Notes: generated from the letters alone by a model not told the origin. Shown: positions 6,956 to 16,407, numbered from the stretch's first letter. The stretch: 64,000 nt of DNA from an uncultured virus (IMG/VR IMGVR_UViG_3300047160_035018) (IMGVR_UViG_3300047160_035018); one strand, 5' to 3'. Translations and numbers: made by a program.

Positions 6956-8902
6956 CTACGTGGGCCCGAGGTAGAGGATCTTGAACGGGTACCAGATCGG
7001 GTAGGTGGCGGCCCGGATCTTGTCCTGCGAGAACGGATACCACCAGGGGAAGTGCTTGCCCGGCGGCGCGAAGCCACCGGAGACGTCGACGTAGACCGCC
7101 TCGAGCGGGGCCAGCACCCCGTCCTCTCTTACCTGGAAGCGCCACTGGCCCTCGTCCTCGAGATGGGCCGCCGGCGGTGCGTCCTCGGCGGAGACGGCCG
7201 GTGCCTCCAAGACCCAGGCATCCGATGGCGCGGCGTAGACGATGACCACGCCCTCGTCCTCGAGATGGGGCGACGGCGGAGCGTCCTCGGCGGAGACGGG
7301 CGGAGCCTCCACGACCCAGGCATCCGATGGCGCGGCGTAGACGATGACCACGCCCTCGTCCTCGAGATGGGGCGACGGCACCTCATCGGCGTCGCCGACC
7401 TGTGGCGGCACGGTCCAGGTGGGCGTGCTCGGTGCGAGCACGATGTCAGGCTCGTCGGGGAGCGGCGGCGCCGGCATCTCGATGTCGACGCCCACGAGCT
7501 CCGGCATCGCGATCGGTCCCTGGACGATCGCCATCATCCAATCTGGCAACGACTCCTCGTCGGACACGGCGCGCGCGTTGTCGGCGAAGGACACGATGAT
7601 CCCCATACCAGCAGCCGCGGTCGGTGAGACGGTCTGCTGGACGTTGCCCGACGCGTTGGGACCATCGAGGATGTACGCGACGGCGCCGGTCATCCCCGAG
7701 CCGGACGTGTTCCGGTACTGCGCCGTGCCTGCCTGCGACCATCCTGGTAATGGATTCGAGAACGTGCCGGCCGATCCGGTGGTGCCCCAGCAGGCGACAG
7801 TGACCACGCTGTTGTCGATCGGCGTGATTCCCGTGATCGTAGGTGTCGTGCCGCCGATGAACGTGTTGGAGGCGTCCCCGGCGCTGACCGACCAGGCATC
7901 ACTCACGATGTTCGGCCGGAAGACCTGCATGACCACGGTGTTGCAGGTCGTCGACCCGAAGGACACCGACGGGTTCGCACCCCATGTGCCATTGAAGCGA
8001 CACCAGAACATCCTCATCGAGAGGTTGGTCGTCGATCTCTGCGTGCCCGAGTTCCAGGACTGGCCCCCGCTCGCGGAGATCGTCATCGTCAGGCCGGCGA
8101 CGCGGGCCAGGGCGAACATGACCACGAGGTCGCCGTCCTGCATGCTGGCCGGCGGCGTGACCGCCGTCGGGTCGGCCGTGTTCGTCGAGTTATCGGCCGG
8201 CGTCGACGCGGACCCGAAGAGAGTGATCTTCGGGACCTCGTGGAAGATGATTCTCGTGACGAGCCCCGCCGTGGACGCGGACTGCGTGTTGGAGACGTTG
8301 CCGATGGCCGAGTTCGTCGCCGTCTTGATGATGTAGGCGGCGGAGGTCGACATGCCGCTGCCGGACGTGTCCCGCACCTGGTTGCCCGACGAGAACGCAT
8401 AGGACCAGCCGGCGGTCAAGCTCGACCACGTGTTGGCGGCCGCCGAGGCCCAGGTCACCATCGTGACCGTGCTGATGGCGTGCGTCGTGAATGTGGCCTG
8501 CGTCGGCGTCAGGGTCGCCGAGTAGCTCCCGAACAGGTGCGCCTGGTCCAGCGCCCATGAGTGGTCCGAGTCCGAGAGCCGGAACACCTGCATGACGACG
8601 GTATTGCAGGTTGTCGAGCCGAAGTTCACCGAGGGGTTGGCGGACCAGGTGCCGTTGAACACGCACCAGAACATCGTGAGCGTGCCGGGCACGAGGGCGC
8701 TCGCCGTGGACCCCTCGGTTGTCCATGACTGCCCGCCGGAGTTACTGATGGTGATGGTCAGGCCATTCACGCGGGCCACGGCCTGCATGATGCAGAGGTC
8801 GCCGTTCTGCATGCCGCCGACGGGCGTGATGCTGGTAGGATCGGTCGTGTTGGTGCTGTTGTCCGTCGGTGTCGAGGCAGAGCCGACGAAGGAGATCGCC
8901 AC
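6956..8902 (-). CDS. Large Ser/Thr-rich beta-strand protein (putative spike/fibre) with two tandem homologous domains and an acidic repeat tail
   Basis: ISFVGSASTPTDNSTNTTDPT..MQNGDL and ITLFGSASTPADNSTNTADPT..MQDGDL; FGSTTCNTVVMQVFR occurs twice. Confidence 0.8.
   Translation of the reverse strand: MAISFVGSASTPTDNSTNTTDPTSITPVGGMQNGDLCIMQAVARVNGLTITISNSGGQSWTTEGSTASALVPGTLTMFWCVFNGTWSANPSVNFGSTTCNTVVMQVFRLSDSDHSWALDQAHLFGSYSATLTPTQATFTTHAISTVTMVTWASAAANTWSSLTAGWSYAFSSGNQVRDTSGSGMSTSAAYIIKTATNSAIGNVSNTQSASTAGLVTRIIFHEVPKITLFGSASTPADNSTNTADPTAVTPPASMQDGDLVVMFALARVAGLTMTISASGGQSWNSGTQRSTTNLSMRMFWCRFNGTWGANPSVSFGSTTCNTVVMQVFRPNIVSDAWSVSAGDASNTFIGGTTPTITGITPIDNSVVTVACWGTTGSAGTFSNPLPGWSQAGTAQYRNTSGSGMTGAVAYILDGPNASGNVQQTVSPTAAAGMGIIVSFADNARAVSDEESLPDWMMAIVQGPIAMPELVGVDIEMPAPPLPDEPDIVLAPSTPTWTVPPQVGDADEVPSPHLEDEGVVIVYAAPSDAWVVEAPPVSAEDAPPSPHLEDEGVVIVYAAPSDAWVLEAPAVSAEDAPPAAHLEDEGQWRFQVREDGVLAPLEAVYVDVSGGFAPPGKHFPWWYPFSQDKIRAATYPIWYPFKILYLGPT
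7147..7381. repeat. 102-bp coding tandem repeat (~2.3 copies)
   Basis: GCCCTCGTCCTCGAGATGGG at ~7148, 7250, 7352; encodes 34-aa HLEDEGVVIVYAAPSDAWVxEAPxVSAEDAPP unit. Confidence 0.9.
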
Positions 8903-8920
8903 GGGCTACTCCCTCACGGG

Positions 8921-9391
8921 CTACTCAACCAGGTCGTACGAGAACTCGTAGTTCAGGCTGGCGGTGCCCGAGATGTCCATGCCGTCGATGGAGCCGGCCG
9001 AACCGCCCTCGAGCGTCAAGCACGAGTCGGCGTCGGGAGCGACGAAGCCGCCCGGCGACGCGGCGCCGCAGCCGAAGACGTCGTGGTTCGTGCGCGAGGT
9101 CCCGGCCGTCGGGCGTGAGGCGCTCGTGGCCTTCGCGGCCTGGGCCCCGGGGTCCTTGGGGTTCGGGGTGATGCCGGTCCCGCTCGTACTGGCCGTCGCG
9201 AACTTGCACATGCGCATCGCGATGCCCGAGATCGACGTCAGCCCGGCGCCCTTGCCGATGAGCCGGACCAGCCGGAGGACGGCGTTCCGGACGCCGGCCT
9301 TGATGAAGAACGCATCGGTCTCGGTGTTCGGCGTCGCGTTCGTCGTGAGGTTGCCGGGCGTGGCGAGCGCTCCGGTGTAGATGAAAGGCAC
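8921..9391 (-). CDS. Beta-rich putative virion protein
   Basis: GTG start, 156 aa, alternating hydrophobic pattern, terminal LNYEFSYDLVE strand. Confidence 0.65.
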   Translation of the reverse strand: MPFIYTGALATPGNLTTNATPNTETDAFFIKAGVRNAVLRLVRLIGKGAGLTSISGIAMRMCKFATASTSGTGITPNPKDPGAQAAKATSASRPTAGTSRTNHDVFGCGAASPGGFVAPDADSCLTLEGGSAGSIDGMDISGTASLNYEFSYDLVE

Positions 9392-9394
9392 GGG

Positions 9395-9613
9395 CTACTC
9401 CTCGACCTGGATGAGGTCGTAGTTGTCGCGCGTGAGTTTCAGGCGCGTGCAGCTCGCGGCGAAGCTGGCATCCCGCTCGTCCTTGGCCATGGCCTCGAGC
9501 GCCGCATCGGTCGTCGGTCCCGGGTACGTTCCGACGATGCTCGAACTGTCGAGCTTCGTCTCACCGACGGCGTTCTTCGTGAAGGTCTTCCGCCAGATCG
9601 TGTACCTCGTCAC
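9395..9613 (-). CDS. Hypothetical protein
   Basis: Coupled ORF with GGAGG upstream. Confidence 0.6.
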   Translation of the reverse strand: MTRYTIWRKTFTKNAVGETKLDSSSIVGTYPGPTTDAALEAMAKDERDASFAASCTRLKLTRDNYDLIQVEE

Positions 9614-9978
9614 AGGGGTTGCCTCCGGCCCGAGATGTCGCGCTCCCGGGCGAGCTTCGTGATGATGTGGTGCTCGTCCTTCAGCGCCTCGACCTGCTCC
9701 CAGGGCTCGAGGATCCGCCCGAACTCCTCGATCTGGGCGGCGTTGAGCTTGGCCCAGAAGACCTCATCGGGGATGGCGTAGGTGCCCGCGATGTCGCCCC
9801 ACTTCTCGAAGCAGGGCTGGCACTGCCAGAACGCGAAGTTATAGTCCTTCGCCATGACCGAGCCGCCGCGCTTGCCGCAATTGGCGCAGAAGTAGGGGGT
9901 CCACTCGTTCCCGGCGCCGTCGAAGAACCGATCCTTCGGGTCGCGCGCCAGGCTGTTCGGCAGGACGTCGACGCCCAT
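9610..9978 (-). CDS. Zn-finger hypothetical protein
   Basis: CANC...CQPC; typical codon usage. Confidence 0.7.
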   Translation of the reverse strand: MGVDVLPNSLARDPKDRFFDGAGNEWTPYFCANCGKRGGSVMAKDYNFAFWQCQPCFEKWGDIAGTYAIPDEVFWAKLNAAQIEEFGRILEPWEQVEALKDEHHIITKLARERDISGRRQPL

Positions 9979-10024
9979 GGACCCGATGCTACCGAGGCTC
10001 TTGAATCTCCGCCATGAACGTGGA

Positions 10025-10294
10025 TCAGGGCCAGTTCGCGGCGTTCGTCCGGTCGTCCCAGGCGATGTCGGCGATGTAGCGGACCCGCTGGATCACGGCC
10101 TGCGCGTCCCGGTAGAAGCGGACCACCTCCCACTTCGGCAGGGAGGTCAAGGTGCCGTCGGGCGCCCGGCCGTGGTAGAGGTCACCGGAGAGGATGTCGT
10201 CGAAGCGGAGTTCCTGACCGACGCCGGCGCGCGCCTGGATGAGCGACGTGAACGCGGACTGCTCGTAGTCCGGGACGATGAGGAGGTTCGGCAC
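10025..10294 (-). CDS. Hypothetical protein
   Basis: GTG start after GAAG; fills the operon gap. Confidence 0.65.
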   Translation of the reverse strand: MPNLLIVPDYEQSAFTSLIQARAGVGQELRFDDILSGDLYHGRAPDGTLTSLPKWEVVRFYRDAQAVIQRVRYIADIAWDDRTNAANWP

Positions 10295-10297
10295 CTT

Positions 10298-10924
10298 CTA
10301 CGCCTCGGTCTGGGACACGCTCACCAGCGCGTCATCGACGGACCCCTTGGCGAAGAGGGCATCGCCCGGCGAAAGGAGGATCTCCTGCGGCGCGCCGCCA
10401 ACGGGAAGGACGATCACCGATCCCGTCGGATAGACCGTATCCACCTCGTTCGCGACGGCCAGGGAGTTGGCGACGACGATCGAGGCGCCCGGCGGCTGGA
10501 CCGCCCGGAGCGTGACGAGGGTCGTCTGGTTCATGTAGGCCGTCGCGATCCGCGTCGGCGAGGCCTGGCGGAGCGCGTAGGTCCGTGTGTCGATCATCTG
10601 CGTCTTTGGTGGAAGGGCCGGCGCGGCGTGGGCAAGCTGGGCCTGGAAGTCGAGCGGCATGGGCGGCGGCGCCGGCACCGGGAAGACCGGCGCCGAGCTC
10701 GCCACCATGCGCTTGGCCATGAGGTAGACGAGCACCATCGAGGTGACGGCCACACCCACGCCACCCAGGATCAGGGCCCAGAGAGCGGCGGTCGAGATGA
10801 CGTTTTCCTTTTCCGGCCCGGCCACCGGCCCGGACATCGGTCTGGACGTCGGGCGTCCCACGCCGGCCCGGCCCATCGGCACGAGTTCGCCGGCGCCGAG
10901 CTCGGGGCGACGCCGCCTGTCCAT
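10298..10924 (-). CDS. Membrane protein with C-terminal beta-sandwich; MDRRRRPELGAG leader
   Basis: TM ALWALILGGVGVAVTSMVLVYL; start chosen at 10924 to avoid overlap with the upstream ORF. Confidence 0.7.
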   Translation of the reverse strand: MDRRRRPELGAGELVPMGRAGVGRPTSRPMSGPVAGPEKENVISTAALWALILGGVGVAVTSMVLVYLMAKRMVASSAPVFPVPAPPPMPLDFQAQLAHAAPALPPKTQMIDTRTYALRQASPTRIATAYMNQTTLVTLRAVQPPGASIVVANSLAVANEVDTVYPTGSVIVLPVGGAPQEILLSPGDALFAKGSVDDALVSVSQTEA

Positions 10925-10958
10925 GCGTGGCGTCCTTGGCGGGGTCCTCGGCAAAGGG

Positions 10959-11186
10959 CTACTTGTCGATGCGCCGCTCGCCGCGGCCGCACCGTCCTCC
11001 GGGGACCAGGATGACATGGGCCTTCGTTCCCGCCGAACAAGAGCCGTTCCGCCACTTCCCGAGGGGGCAGCCGATCATGACCCAGGCCTTGCCGCTCCGC
11101 TTCCAGCGGAACGACCTCGGCGCGAAGGCCCGCTTGGGCGTGACCACGCGCTCGCAGAACGTGCCCTGGATCTTCCTCTCTGTCAC
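10959..11186 (-). CDS. Small basic Cys-containing protein
   Basis: GTG start coupled to upstream stop; 75 aa, K/R-rich, 4 Cys. Confidence 0.6.
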   Translation of the reverse strand: MTERKIQGTFCERVVTPKRAFAPRSFRWKRSGKAWVMIGCPLGKWRNGSCSAGTKAHVILVPGGRCGRGERRIDK

Positions 11187-11446
11187 GTGATCGCCTCGCT
11201 CCAGAAGTACCAGACCGCCGCGCCGGCGGCGAGCCCCCAGAACACCGCCTTCGCCGGCCCGGCCACCGGGTCCTTGGCGAGGAGGTAGGTGAGCCCGCCG
11301 ACCCCCAGGCCGATGAGGACTCCAGCCTGGGACGGCGAGGGTGGGACCCAAAGGTCCTCGTAGCCGACGACGACCGGCCAGTCGGGCTGGGTCGGGACCG
11401 GGCTCGGGCCCGGGGCGCACGACTCGTCCTCGTACATCAACGCCAT
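11183..11446 (-). CDS. Small membrane protein (2 TM)
   Basis: GVLIGLGVGGLTYLL and AVFWGLAAGAAVWYFW. Confidence 0.7.
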   Translation of the reverse strand: MALMYEDESCAPGPSPVPTQPDWPVVVGYEDLWVPPSPSQAGVLIGLGVGGLTYLLAKDPVAGPAKAVFWGLAAGAAVWYFWSEAIT

Positions 11447-12249
11447 GGCTCGTGGTCCTCCAGCTTGCCGATGCGGTCCTCGAGGCGCCCGACCCAGGTC
11501 TCGAGGTCGCCGATCTGCTCCTCGAACGACTCGGTGACCTCGTTCAGCGTCTCGCGGACATGGTTGATGGACTTCCTGAGGGCCGGGTCCTCGTCACCCA
11601 GTGCTGGTTTCGCCCCGGCCATCGCCGGCACCGCGCGGCCCTTCTGGCCATGCCGGCCCCGCCTCGCGAGCGCCCAGATGAGGCCGCCGGCGGCGAGGAC
11701 CCCGACACCGATGAGGACGTAGGTCCAGATGGACGAGCTCGCCCCGGTGAACTTCCGCACCTCGGGGATCACGAGGTCGAGTTGCGCGGCGGCGCTGCCG
11801 AGGAGGCTCGAGATGTCCACGTGCCCGGCCGTGTTCATCGGCCACTGGAAGGACGGGTCGATGACGGCCAACTGGTCGTGGCAGAAGGTCCAGGCGTGGT
11901 TGATGTTCACGAGCTCGGCCGTCGGCCACCAGACGGCCACGGCCACCCCGTCGGCGGCGGCGGCGCTCGACTGGTTCGCCTCCGGGACCGTGATGTCGGT
12001 CGCAGGGCAGCCGGTCGTGACGATGCCGGACGCCGGATCGTTCAAGATCGCGCACCCCGCGACGTCGAGGAACCCACCCGCCGGGTACTGGTCCAGCCAC
12101 GGCTGGATCGCCGACCGGAAGGCCTCGAGGACCTCGACGGCCTGGAGGAGTTGGCCGCGGGTCACGTCGTCGACCGCATCGAGCGCGCCGAGGACCGTCA
12201 TCGTGCCCGGCGCGACCCCGACGTAGCCGTTCACGAGCCGCGTCTTCAT
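11437..12249 (-). CDS. Membrane protein with C-terminal coiled coil
   Basis: MKTRLVNGYVGVAPG start; TM IWTYVLIGVGVLAAGGLIWAL; heptad tail. Confidence 0.75.
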   Translation of the reverse strand: MKTRLVNGYVGVAPGTMTVLGALDAVDDVTRGQLLQAVEVLEAFRSAIQPWLDQYPAGGFLDVAGCAILNDPASGIVTTGCPATDITVPEANQSSAAAADGVAVAVWWPTAELVNINHAWTFCHDQLAVIDPSFQWPMNTAGHVDISSLLGSAAAQLDLVIPEVRKFTGASSSIWTYVLIGVGVLAAGGLIWALARRGRHGQKGRAVPAMAGAKPALGDEDPALRKSINHVRETLNEVTESFEEQIGDLETWVGRLEDRIGKLEDHEPWR

Positions 12250-12671
12250 GAGGGTCTCCGCGACACCGCCACCGAGATCATCACCCCGACGATCGCCACG
12301 AGTCCAAAGCCCAGCGCCCAGGGCACCCAGGACGCGCCCGCGAGCGCATCGATGACCACGCCGAGCCCGGCAACGCCCTGACCGAGTGGCGCCGTGAACG
12401 GGTCCTCGGGCCCGCCGGCCGCCACCGCCGCCGCATCCTGGCTCGAGAGCTTCGGCGCCGCGGCCGCGCTCGCGACCGCCCAGGCCTGCTGATAGACGGC
12501 CAGGTCGGACGCCGAGAACCACGCCGCCGCCGGGTCCGAGGCGGCATCGGGGAAGACTGCCTGGGCCCTCGCCTGGAAGTCCTGCAAGCGCCAGATCGCC
12601 GCTGGCAGGGTCATCGTGGCACCGAGGGCTCCCAGACCGTTTCGTCCACCGAGGCAACCGCACCCGCTCAT
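12246..12671 (-). CDS. Membrane protein
   Basis: MSGCGCLGGRNGLGALGA leader; C-terminal TM. Confidence 0.7.
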   Translation of the reverse strand: MSGCGCLGGRNGLGALGATMTLPAAIWRLQDFQARAQAVFPDAASDPAAAWFSASDLAVYQQAWAVASAAAAPKLSSQDAAAVAAGGPEDPFTAPLGQGVAGLGVVIDALAGASWVPWALGFGLVAIVGVMISVAVSRRPS

Positions 12672-13654
12672 GGGACCATCCTATTGGCCATGGCGGCCGC
12701 CGCAACGAGCCCGAGCGTGGCCACCGTCCCCGCCATGGCCCAGAACCAGAGTTTCGGCGCCTCGCCTTGCCCCGTCACCTCGTCGACGCAGGTGCTCGTG
12801 GCGAAGTCCCAGAGCTTGCCGGGCGGACAGGTCGGGCAGGTCGGGCTCGGGCAGGGGAGCGGTCCCGAGGGCGTGACGCAGCGGGCGGCGGCCGTGTCCC
12901 AGAGTTGCCCGGCCGGGCACTGTGGTGTCGGGAAGGGCAGGCACACCTTGCGGACCGCATCGTAGTACGTCCCGGGCGCGCACTGCATGCACTGCCCGGT
13001 CTGGCTCGACACGAAGAAGCCCGGCGCGCACGAGGTCGGGCAGGTCGGGCACGAGCTCGCCGCGACGCACTGGCCGGTGGCCGGGTTCAGGGTGTACCCC
13101 GACGCACAGACGCTCGTGCACTGGCCGGTGCTCGTGTTGAGGAAGGTCCCGGCCGGGCAGGCCTTGCAGGCGCCGTTCTTCCACCAGCCCGAGCACACCA
13201 TGCAGTCGCCCGAGCCGTCGTAGATCCCCGACGCACAGGGGAGGATCGGGACGCACACGGCCCGTGTCGTCAGGGCGCCCGTGTCATCCACCACCTTGTG
13301 GTAGCCGGGCAGGCACGAGCTCTGGCCGGCGGGGAGGTCGTACGAGTCCCTGGGCCAGACGCAGAAGCCCGGGTAGGCCTCGAGCATGCGCGGCGGGCAC
13401 GCGCGGCACGTCCCGTCCGGCCACACGTAGCAGACCTGCCCCGTCACGTCGTCGAGGAGAACCTTCGTCCCGAGCGGGTAGCAGCCGCCCGGCCCGGGAT
13501 ACTGCCCGCTCGGGCAGGCCTGCGTGTAGGGCCCCGCGTACGTCGTCGGCGTGCCGTCGCCGCCCGTCGAGAGCGGCGCGCCGAGGCCGCCCTGGCCGCC
13601 ACCTTGGCCGCCGCCGAGGAGCGAGACGTCATCGTAGCCTTCCCAGAAGAACAT
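12668..13654 (-). CDS. Very Cys-rich repeat protein with C-terminal TM anchor
   Basis: Recurrent CPxG(x)..TGQC units; TM LWFWAMAGTVATLGLVAAAAM. Confidence 0.8.
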   Translation of the reverse strand: MFFWEGYDDVSLLGGGQGGGQGGLGAPLSTGGDGTPTTYAGPYTQACPSGQYPGPGGCYPLGTKVLLDDVTGQVCYVWPDGTCRACPPRMLEAYPGFCVWPRDSYDLPAGQSSCLPGYHKVVDDTGALTTRAVCVPILPCASGIYDGSGDCMVCSGWWKNGACKACPAGTFLNTSTGQCTSVCASGYTLNPATGQCVAASSCPTCPTSCAPGFFVSSQTGQCMQCAPGTYYDAVRKVCLPFPTPQCPAGQLWDTAAARCVTPSGPLPCPSPTCPTCPPGKLWDFATSTCVDEVTGQGEAPKLWFWAMAGTVATLGLVAAAAMANRMVP

Positions 13655-13971
13655 CAGCCCGTTCCCTTCGTGCAGTTCTCAAGCACGTACTTCTCGGTCA
13701 CGTGGAGTGATTCTTCTGCATCTCTGATTCTACGCTTGTCCGCCGCCCGACGGAGTCCTTCGCTCTTGGCAGTTCCGATGTACTCGGCCTTGGCCTTGCC
13801 GAGCAGTTCAAAGGCATCGTTGGACGCCACGATCGCGTAGTAGCAGGAACCACGCGCCGCCGCTTTGGCCGCCCGCCGCGCCTCCTCCTCGGTGTGCGCT
13901 ATGACCGATGCAAACGCCGCGCGGTGTTCGGCGGGCGTGGCGCCGAGTTGGCGCTTGCGTCGGCGCTTCAT
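13654..13971 (-). CDS. Small helical protein with MKRRRKRQLGA leader
   Basis: Coupled ORF; lower GC. Confidence 0.7.
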   Translation of the reverse strand: MKRRRKRQLGATPAEHRAAFASVIAHTEEEARRAAKAAARGSCYYAIVASNDAFELLGKAKAEYIGTAKSEGLRRAADKRRIRDAEESLHVTEKYVLENCTKGTG

Positions 13972-14639
13972 TTCGGGCTCCAGTTCACGAGCGCCACGAG
14001 CCCCAGCGCCGCCAGCGCGAAGCCACCGCCGATCACCCAGGCCATGGCGCCAGGCTTGCCGAAGGGATCGATCGTCTGGACCTTCGTCGTCGACCCCGGC
14101 GGCGTGAAGGTCTTCGGCTTGACGGTCGCGCCTTCGGCCGCGTAGGCCTGGGCCGCATAGCCGTTGGCGCCGAGGAGCGAGGTGATGAGGTCCGAGAGCG
14201 CGGCGACGGGCGGGTTCACGGCCATCCCGTAGACGACGCTGTATGCCTGCGCCGCGGCGTCCCAGGCGTCCGCGATGTCCTGACTCCCGAGCGGCCCCGA
14301 GCAGGTCGTGCTGGGCCCGTTCGAGCAGCCGCCGTTCGTTCCACGCAGGACCGCGACGTGGAAGCCGGCCGCCGCGTAGGTCGCCACGTCGCTCGCACTC
14401 TGGATGTCCTCGAGGTCCGGCGGCGGGCCGAGATCGGGCAGATCACCCGGCTCGTACGTGAAGTTGATCGGGTCACCGAGGCCACCGAGGAGCGATGTGC
14501 CGAGGAGCGACGTGCCGTGGCATCCCGGGCAGGTGCAGTTCACGCACTCGCCGTGGAGGTGGCCGCCTGGCCCGAGGAGCATCGGCCCTACCTTCATTCC
14601 GAGCGGCATCCCGAGCGGGCCGAGGAGCCGAGTCTTCAT
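13968..14639 (-). CDS. Membrane protein with LG-rich N-terminus
   Basis: MKTRLLGPLGMPLG...SLLGTSLLGGLGDP; C-terminal TM. Confidence 0.75.
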   Translation of the reverse strand: MKTRLLGPLGMPLGMKVGPMLLGPGGHLHGECVNCTCPGCHGTSLLGTSLLGGLGDPINFTYEPGDLPDLGPPPDLEDIQSASDVATYAAAGFHVAVLRGTNGGCSNGPSTTCSGPLGSQDIADAWDAAAQAYSVVYGMAVNPPVAALSDLITSLLGANGYAAQAYAAEGATVKPKTFTPPGSTTKVQTIDPFGKPGAMAWVIGGGFALAALGLVALVNWSPK

Positions 14640-16063
14640 GGTCCTGCCTTTCGTCTGGGTCGGAGCGCCAGGTAGCCGACGGTGAGCGCGCCGAGGACCG
14701 CCACGCCGATCCCGGCGTAGAGCCAGGGCGAGGTCGGCTGTGTGCAGATATGGGTCGTCGGGTCGAGCACCAGGGGCGCGACGCAGGTCGGCGTGCCGCT
14801 GCACACGGCGTTGGCGATGTTCAAGGCGCCGGCGCCAGCGGTCTTGCCGTCGATGGCCGTGACCGCCCCGGCGATGAGCACCTTCCCCACGCTGGAGCAG
14901 AGGAGCGCGGCGATGGCATGGATGATGTCCTCGATGCCGGCGCCGACCACGGTGGCGAGGAACGCGAAGGGATCGGCGAGGAACGGAAACAACTCCTCGA
15001 CGGAGAGCGAGACGTTGAAGTACGGCATGTTGACGAGGAGCAGCCAGCCCTTCGTCTGGGCGCCGTAGAACGCGAACCACTCCGAGTACGTCCACCAGCC
15101 CGCGCGCCCGTCCTGATTCTGCGGGTTGACGACGGGCGGCCGGCCGGCGGGCGGTAGCGCGCCGTAGCTGTCCATGTGGATCTCGCCGACGTACTGGACC
15201 GAAGCGTAGTAGCTCGTTCCGTCGGCGACGGCGGCCGCCTTCTTCGTGTAGTAGTCGTGCGAGCTCATCCCGTGGATGTCAGGCAGACCCTTCGTGGCGT
15301 TGGCCTGCAGGCTCGCCACCATCTGGGCCTGCGCCGCACGGACGGCATCGGTCGCCGGGATGGCGATACACGGGAACCCCGACGGGCTGAAGAGCGTCTG
15401 GGACCCCGACGGGAACGGCATCGAGGCCATGCGGACCGCCTGCCGGGTCGGCCAGGCGCAGCCCACATCCTCATCCGAGACCGGCACGCACGGGTCGAGC
15501 TGGCCCGCCGTCAACGCCGCAGGGAGGCCGTTCTTGGGATCGAGATCGATCACCGGCCAGGGGCCACCAGGGTTCCACCCGGACGCGGCGTTGCAGGGCG
15601 TGACCGTCCCGCCACAGCAGCCACCATCGTTCTGGACGATGCAGTACCCGCCGCTAGGGAGCGGCATCTGGTCGCCGGGCTTGTAGCACTTCCCCTGGAA
15701 CAGGAACTGCCCGGTCGGACACGACGTGACGCCCGCCGGGCACGCCGCGCCAAGCGCCTGCGAGCTCGCCAGGTCGGTCGCGGCCCAGACGACGCCCGGG
15801 ATCTTCCCGAGGTCGCAGAGCGCGTAGAGCCCCGAGGAGACACCAGTTGGGTTGGCCGTGTCACCGAGGAAGGCGTACCGACCATCCGGGAACCGGACCA
15901 GCGTTATCCAGATGAACGTCCCGTCGGTCCGCATCGCCCACTGCTGGACGTCGAGCGTGCCGTCGGCACGGAGCACGGGCCGAAGCTGGATCGGCTGAGC
16001 AGTCGCACCCAGCCCGCCGGCCTCGAGCCACCCCAAGACGTCGGTGTCCGGAGGAAAGAGCAT
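14636..16063 (-). CDS. Cys-containing membrane-anchored protein
   Basis: 475 aa; EAGGLGA near N-terminus; Cys cluster; C-terminal TM followed by RPRRK. Confidence 0.8.
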   Translation of the reverse strand: MLFPPDTDVLGWLEAGGLGATAQPIQLRPVLRADGTLDVQQWAMRTDGTFIWITLVRFPDGRYAFLGDTANPTGVSSGLYALCDLGKIPGVVWAATDLASSQALGAACPAGVTSCPTGQFLFQGKCYKPGDQMPLPSGGYCIVQNDGGCCGGTVTPCNAASGWNPGGPWPVIDLDPKNGLPAALTAGQLDPCVPVSDEDVGCAWPTRQAVRMASMPFPSGSQTLFSPSGFPCIAIPATDAVRAAQAQMVASLQANATKGLPDIHGMSSHDYYTKKAAAVADGTSYYASVQYVGEIHMDSYGALPPAGRPPVVNPQNQDGRAGWWTYSEWFAFYGAQTKGWLLLVNMPYFNVSLSVEELFPFLADPFAFLATVVGAGIEDIIHAIAALLCSSVGKVLIAGAVTAIDGKTAGAGALNIANAVCSGTPTCVAPLVLDPTTHICTQPTSPWLYAGIGVAVLGALTVGYLALRPRRKAGP

Positions 16064-16079
16064 TCCGCTCTCCCTCGCC

Positions 16080-16328
16080 CTACCGGACGATCGTGTGCTG
16101 GCGCGAGACGAAGATGTCGCCCGTGCCGGCCGCGCCCGAGGCGCAGACGACGAAGTTCTGGGACGTGATCGTCGTCCGGTAGAGGCCCGATGCGCCCGGG
16201 TTCGGACCGCAGAGGTTCATCTGCCACTCGTACTCGCCCGCGATCGTCGGGTCACCACCCAGCGCGTGCACGAACGTCGTCCCGCCCTGGGCAACCGCCG
16301 CGGCCTTGCATGCGAATCTCTGAGCCAT
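16080..16328 (-). CDS. Small beta-rich protein, first gene of the leftward operon
   Basis: GGAGG RBS; MAQRFACKAAAV. Confidence 0.7.
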   Translation of the reverse strand: MAQRFACKAAAVAQGGTTFVHALGGDPTIAGEYEWQMNLCGPNPGASGLYRTTITSQNFVVCASGAAGTGDIFVSRQHTIVR

Positions 16329-16407
16329 GGGTCTTTCCTCCGTTGGCCCCAAGATCACCCCTTGACGCCGCGGCTCCAAATAACGTAGAGAGTACCAACA
16401 GCACTCC

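Larger units (their letters stand above)
5834..6964. repeat. 23-bp perfect direct repeat bounding a ~1.1 kb segment
   Basis: GGTGGTGAGGTGAGCTACGTGGG at 5834-5856 and 6942-6964; CTACGTGGGCCC also at 6101-6112 and 6956-6967. Confidence 0.9.
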
